From contig JAYOYH010000035.1 in assembly GCA_038153405.1 (NCBI GenBank), positions 1 to 48,085 of the forward strand: a stretch of DNA of 48,085 nucleotides. Reading direction: 5' to 3'. Each line of letters starts with the position of its first letter. The stretch's first letter is position 1. Origin of the DNA: Gemmatimonadota bacterium (lineage in GTDB: Bacteria; Latescibacterota; UBA2968; UBA8231). Below the pieces are notes generated by a model. The model worked only from the letters and a program-made list of their open reading frames with translations, did no database searches and was not told the origin of the DNA. Position numbers and translations under genes: made by a program. Shown one piece after another: positions 44,354 through 48,085 of the stretch.

Positions 44354-47043
44354 CACTCACCCAACCCCGCGTTAATGGACAGAAAGAGCATGCTGGCGCG
44401 CTCGGTCGGACGCTGGGCAAAATTCTGCCGCTCGACCTGCACGCCGAGGCGCGTGACGAGCTGGTACCCCTGATAGGCTACGCGGTTGGTCAGCTGAGTG
44501 AGCAGAGTCCAAGAGCGAAAATCCTCGGCAATCTCCTCGCGCGCCCCGTCGAGCATCCAAAACCAGGAGCACTCCAAGCCGATCTGCAGTTGGCTATCAA
44601 AGAGCTGCCGGCCGTAGCGCGGGAAGTAGGACACGCCCGCCGACTCGGCAAAGAGCGGCTGGGTCCACAGCAAGAACAGCGTCTCCTCGAGGCTTTCAGC
44701 CCGATCCAAGCGCGTCGTGAACGGGCGGTCGCGGCGGTACTCGCTCTTCCAACGCGGCTCGAACACGGCCAGACCGACAGGCATGCTCCATTCGATCTTG
44801 CTGATGGAACCCAAAAAACCGCTGCGCTGGCGAGCCGGAAAGCCGAAGAGATCGGTCGTCTCGCTGGCGCGCTGGTGCACTTCCTCCCACTTAACTCGGT
44901 GCAGCAAGCGTATATCGGGGCCCATGCGCTGGTCTAGGTCGGCGTAGAACGTGCCTTTCCAAGCGTCTTTAAAAGGAAGCTGATCGAGCGTCTCCCGCAT
45001 GCGGCCAGGTGATCCCATCGGCTGAAACCACATCCATAAATCATCGGATATATTGTCTCTGACCGAAGCGCCGTGGGCGAATACCCGCAGCCCGCTGCCG
45101 CCCTTGAAGCGATAGCGCCACCCCAGCAGCCCGTACCACGACTGCGTGCGGCCGTCGCCGGAAATCAGACGCATATCCTGACGCCCGAGCGTGAGCGAAA
45201 AGCCGGGGCCGATATTGGCTTTGGCATGCGCGTTAAAGCCGCGGTGATCGCCCTTGTAGGGATAGTCGGGCAGATCGTCGTTTTCAAAGCGATCAATCGT
45301 GCCGTTGTAGTTCATATCCAGGCCAAAGAGAAATTCTGGGCGGTCGGAGCGGAAGCGCAGAAACGGCTCTTCGTAGTCGGGAAAGGAATTGCTATTTTGG
45401 TTGTGGTCGTTGATGAAGTCGCCGTTTTCATCGAATCCCGGCCAAGCGATATCGTTCCAGCTGCGCGAGCGCACGATATTGCCCGCGCTGCGCTCCAAGT
45501 CGGGCCGCTGCCACTCGGGCAGCGCGTTGTAGTCGTCGTCGTCGTCGACGAATTCCATAATTTGCGGAATGGGGTCCTTGTAGCGAATGCGTCCTTCCTT
45601 ATCGACGAGCCAGTAGTTAGTAGTGTACTCGTCCTCGATGCGGAACCCCTCGAAAAAGAGCGCCCATGGATAGGCGTTCCAATCGGCCTGCACGTAGGAT
45701 GCCGTGCCGCTCAAATCGTGCCGATAGTGCGTTTTTTCCACCGAATTGGGGTAGGAAAAAAAACGCCGATTGAGCACGGCCTCGCCGCGCATCGACAGGC
45801 CGTGCCAATTGCTCAGCTCCCAGTTGGTGCCGAGCAGCTCGTTGGCCGTCGGCAAGCCGTAGTCGACTTCGATAAATCCGGTATTGCTGTTGTCCTGCAC
45901 GTTGCCGCGCGCGCGCCGCACGGGCAGAAAGATAATCTCCGGATTAAAGCGCTCGCCGTCCGTCTGCAGGTTAGATGCCACTTCGATTCGGTAATCATTG
46001 GCGACGGACAGTTCAAACGTGGCGCGCGTAATATCGGCTGAGGTAATATCCTCATAGCGAAAGCGCGCCAAATCGTACTCGAGCACGATATTTTCTGCAT
46101 CGCGTGCGACCAGGCGTCCACCTTCATTGCCCCCGCCCGAAATTTTGGGCAGCAGCCCAACTTCGCGCCCGCGATAGACGTTGCCCTCGCGGTCCTCGAT
46201 GACAATTTCGTAATCGGCCAACACGGCCGCCGCATCGCCCTGTCCCGGCGAGTCGTCGCGCACCCGCACCCATAGCTTATCGAGCGTGCGGTTTTGCTGC
46301 GTCGAGAGCGTGCCGCGCAGCGGGTTGCCCTCGTTGACTTCGAGTTCGGTCTGGGCGTTATGGGCGTTGACGTAGCTAAAGCCCAGCGTGCTGAAGCCCC
46401 CTAGCTGAATCTCGGCGTGGGCGGCCAACATCTGCGTCACGTCGGTGCGGTCTTCGCCGTCGGGCGCCGAAGGGCGCGAAGCCAGCAGCGTCGCCATCAG
46501 CACGTCGTTGGCATAGTCCATCCGCACGCCGTTAAAACGCGGCTTGTACAGCGTGAGCGGGGTGAAAAACGTGTAGATCTGATCGCCGATCATCAGGCGG
46601 TAGTTGCCGCCGTCGCGGCGATCGCCGGCCACGACCATGCGGCCGAAAAAACGCTGATAGGCGTTGCCGCCGGTGTCTTTATCGATGCGGCTGCCGCGCG
46701 GCAGCGGCTGTTCCTGGCTCCAATTGTAGACCAGCCAACCGCGCCCTAAATGCGTGCCAAAGGTATCGTAAAAATCCGCGCCCTCGAGCAGGTTGTTGAC
46801 GTAGCGCTCGTAGGGTTGCACGGCATAGCGCGTATCGGCCGCGTACCAGGGCTGCATATAGGTCTCGGGTAAGTGGCGCAGTCCGTACCACTTGTGCAGC
46901 GCGGGGCGGGCGTAGTCGATTTCAAAGCGATTGCCGTAGGGATTGACCGTGGCCAGACCCCAGTTCTGCGGATCTTCTAAGCGGCCCTGGGCCAATGCAT
47001 AGACGGGCAATAAGAGCAGGAGAAGGGCGGGCGCGCTACGCAT
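44353..47043 (-). CDS. Cassette 2 gene B1: large uncharacterised secreted protein, putative outer-membrane beta-barrel
   Basis: ATG 47043 in a TGATG overlap. Signal peptide ALA-Q. Shares LHxWY..RHLxETY.QPWYA and LLWTQPL..GVSYFPRYGRQ with 2802-5543. Confidence 0.75.
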   Translation of the reverse strand: MRSAPALLLLLLPVYALAQGRLEDPQNWGLATVNPYGNRFEIDYARPALHKWYGLRHLPETYMQPWYAADTRYAVQPYERYVNNLLEGADFYDTFGTHLGRGWLVYNWSQEQPLPRGSRIDKDTGGNAYQRFFGRMVVAGDRRDGGNYRLMIGDQIYTFFTPLTLYKPRFNGVRMDYANDVLMATLLASRPSAPDGEDRTDVTQMLAAHAEIQLGGFSTLGFSYVNAHNAQTELEVNEGNPLRGTLSTQQNRTLDKLWVRVRDDSPGQGDAAAVLADYEIVIEDREGNVYRGREVGLLPKISGGGNEGGRLVARDAENIVLEYDLARFRYEDITSADITRATFELSVANDYRIEVASNLQTDGERFNPEIIFLPVRRARGNVQDNSNTGFIEVDYGLPTANELLGTNWELSNWHGLSMRGEAVLNRRFFSYPNSVEKTHYRHDLSGTASYVQADWNAYPWALFFEGFRIEDEYTTNYWLVDKEGRIRYKDPIPQIMEFVDDDDDYNALPEWQRPDLERSAGNIVRSRSWNDIAWPGFDENGDFINDHNQNSNSFPDYEEPFLRFRSDRPEFLFGLDMNYNGTIDRFENDDLPDYPYKGDHRGFNAHAKANIGPGFSLTLGRQDMRLISGDGRTQSWYGLLGWRYRFKGGSGLRVFAHGASVRDNISDDLWMWFQPMGSPGRMRETLDQLPFKDAWKGTFYADLDQRMGPDIRLLHRVKWEEVHQRASETTDLFGFPARQRSGFLGSISKIEWSMPVGLAVFEPRWKSEYRRDRPFTTRLDRAESLEETLFLLWTQPLFAESAGVSYFPRYGRQLFDSQLQIGLECSWFWMLDGAREEIAEDFRSWTLLTQLTNRVAYQGYQLVTRLGVQVERQNFAQRPTERASMLFLSINAGLGE

Positions 47044-48083
47044 CAATACACCAAGTGCAGCAGACGGGCAGTAGCCGTGCCGTCGGCGCCGCTATCCGTT
47101 GCCAGATGAATGCGCAGCACGTACAGACCCGGCGCCATGATGTGACCGCCGTCGTCGCGGCCATCCCAAGAAAATACGTGCTCGCCGCTGGGAAAGGAGC
47201 GCAGCACGCTCAGGTCGCGCACGCGTTGGCCAGCCAAGTTCAGCACTTCGACGCCGAGCTTCTTCTCTCGCTCCAAGTGGTACACCGTAATGCGAATATC
47301 GACTTGGTCGTTGATGCCGTCGCCGTTGGGCGTAATCACGCCCGGTTCGACCTGCACATCTTCGAGCAGCGAACTATTCTGCAGGCGGGACGTGACCGAC
47401 AGGCTCTGCGTAGCCACGACTTGCGTGGCGTCGCCGCCAACTACGTCTTGCACTAACCCCGGCCGCGCGGCGTTTTCCAGCTGCGCGCTAAAGACCGTGC
47501 TCTGCAGAAAAACGCGCGTGCGAAAGCGAAAGGCGTATACCTGATTGCCGCGCGCTACCGGCGCGGGAAAACGCACGACGACGGAGCCTTCGTCGCCGCG
47601 CGAAACCTCGAGCGCCCCATCGGGCCATAGGCGCGTACCCGCGCCAAAGCGCAGACTGCTGTCGCTGCCTACCAGCACCTCGCTCAGTTCAAGCGGCTGC
47701 GAAGACGTAGAGCGCAGGACAATCTGATCAAACCCCGGGTTGTCGGGTCCAAAGACCGGGCGCACGTAGAGAGTAAACGTCTCTTCAACCCCCGGCTCGA
47801 CGCCGCCGATGGGAAAGATTTCGCCAAAGACGGTGTCTACCAGCGGCGGCACAAAGTGCAAGCGCAGCGAGCGCAGCCAGGCGCGCTGCAGCGGTTCGCG
47901 CGATAGCAGGCGCACCTGCACTTTAACCAGCGGGCGCGGTGCCGGCGATTTAAAAGAATCGCCGGACTCCGTATACGGCGGACTCCAATTGCTCCAATCC
48001 GGACCCGTTATTTCCTCGAAGACGGGCGGTGGACGCGGCGTCTGCTCCGTATCGGGCAGGCGGCGCCACAGATCTTCGGAAAT
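47043..48083 (-). CDS. Cassette 2 gene A (partial, 5' end outside the window): secreted protein with C-terminal FlgD-Ig / T9SS type-B-like domain
   Basis: The frame stays open to the window edge (ISEDLWRR..GPDWSNWSPPY..FKSPAPRP). It aligns with the second half of 301-2802 (FTLYVRP..NPGFD, TPNGDGIND, HLVY). Confidence 0.8.
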   Translation of the reverse strand: MSEDLWRRLPDTEQTPRPPPVFEEITGPDWSNWSPPYTESGDSFKSPAPRPLVKVQVRLLSREPLQRAWLRSLRLHFVPPLVDTVFGEIFPIGGVEPGVEETFTLYVRPVFGPDNPGFDQIVLRSTSSQPLELSEVLVGSDSSLRFGAGTRLWPDGALEVSRGDEGSVVVRFPAPVARGNQVYAFRFRTRVFLQSTVFSAQLENAARPGLVQDVVGGDATQVVATQSLSVTSRLQNSSLLEDVQVEPGVITPNGDGINDQVDIRITVYHLEREKKLGVEVLNLAGQRVRDLSVLRSFPSGEHVFSWDGRDDGGHIMAPGLYVLRIHLATDSGADGTATARLLHLVY

Positions 48084-48085
48084 TT

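Noticed and set aside
45073..46041. 322-aa plus-strand ORF and analogous antisense ORFs at 3960-4598, 8863-9324 and 40547-41164
   Set aside because: They recur only because they mirror the conserved Asp/Asn core of the B genes. Starts and stops are not conserved.
301..48085. Calling the cassette a type IX secretion system or a flagellar (flgD) locus
   Set aside because: Only the C-terminal domain resembles T9SS cargo tags or FlgD-Ig. No PorK/L/M/N, SprA or flagellar genes are visible, and the B proteins fit neither SprA nor PorP in size or motifs.

Overview
GC-rich bacterial DNA, densely coding, with no rRNA, tRNA, CRISPR array or mobile element that I can see. The dominant feature is two diverged, oppositely oriented copies of one multi-gene cell-envelope cassette (301-13812 on +, 33167->48085 on -). 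Each copy has the order A-B1-C-B2-D-E. A, C and E are secreted discoidin-like proteins with a TPNGDGxND / FlgD-Ig-like C-terminal domain. B1 and B2 are paralogous ~890-aa putative outer-membrane beta-barrels with a conserved Asp/Asn-rich core. D is an internalin-like LRR lipoprotein. The second copy carries an extra D-E pair with its own candidate promoter. I do not recognise this cassette as any characterised system, and it is the best candidate for an undescribed one. Between the copies lie two carbohydrate-type ABC transporter clusters without an ATPase (one with a binding protein-permease fusion), an FMN reductase, an amidohydrolase, a GHL10 lipoprotein, a sulfatase, an alpha/beta hydrolase, a nitrilase-family enzyme, a decayed Gfo/Idh/MocA pseudogene, an nrfHA pair whose NrfA has CxxCH instead of CxxCK at heme 1, and a PhyH-family dioxygenase. 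The gene content suggests an FCB-group organism such as Ca. Latescibacterota (inference only). All family calls come from reading motifs by eye; no database search was run.
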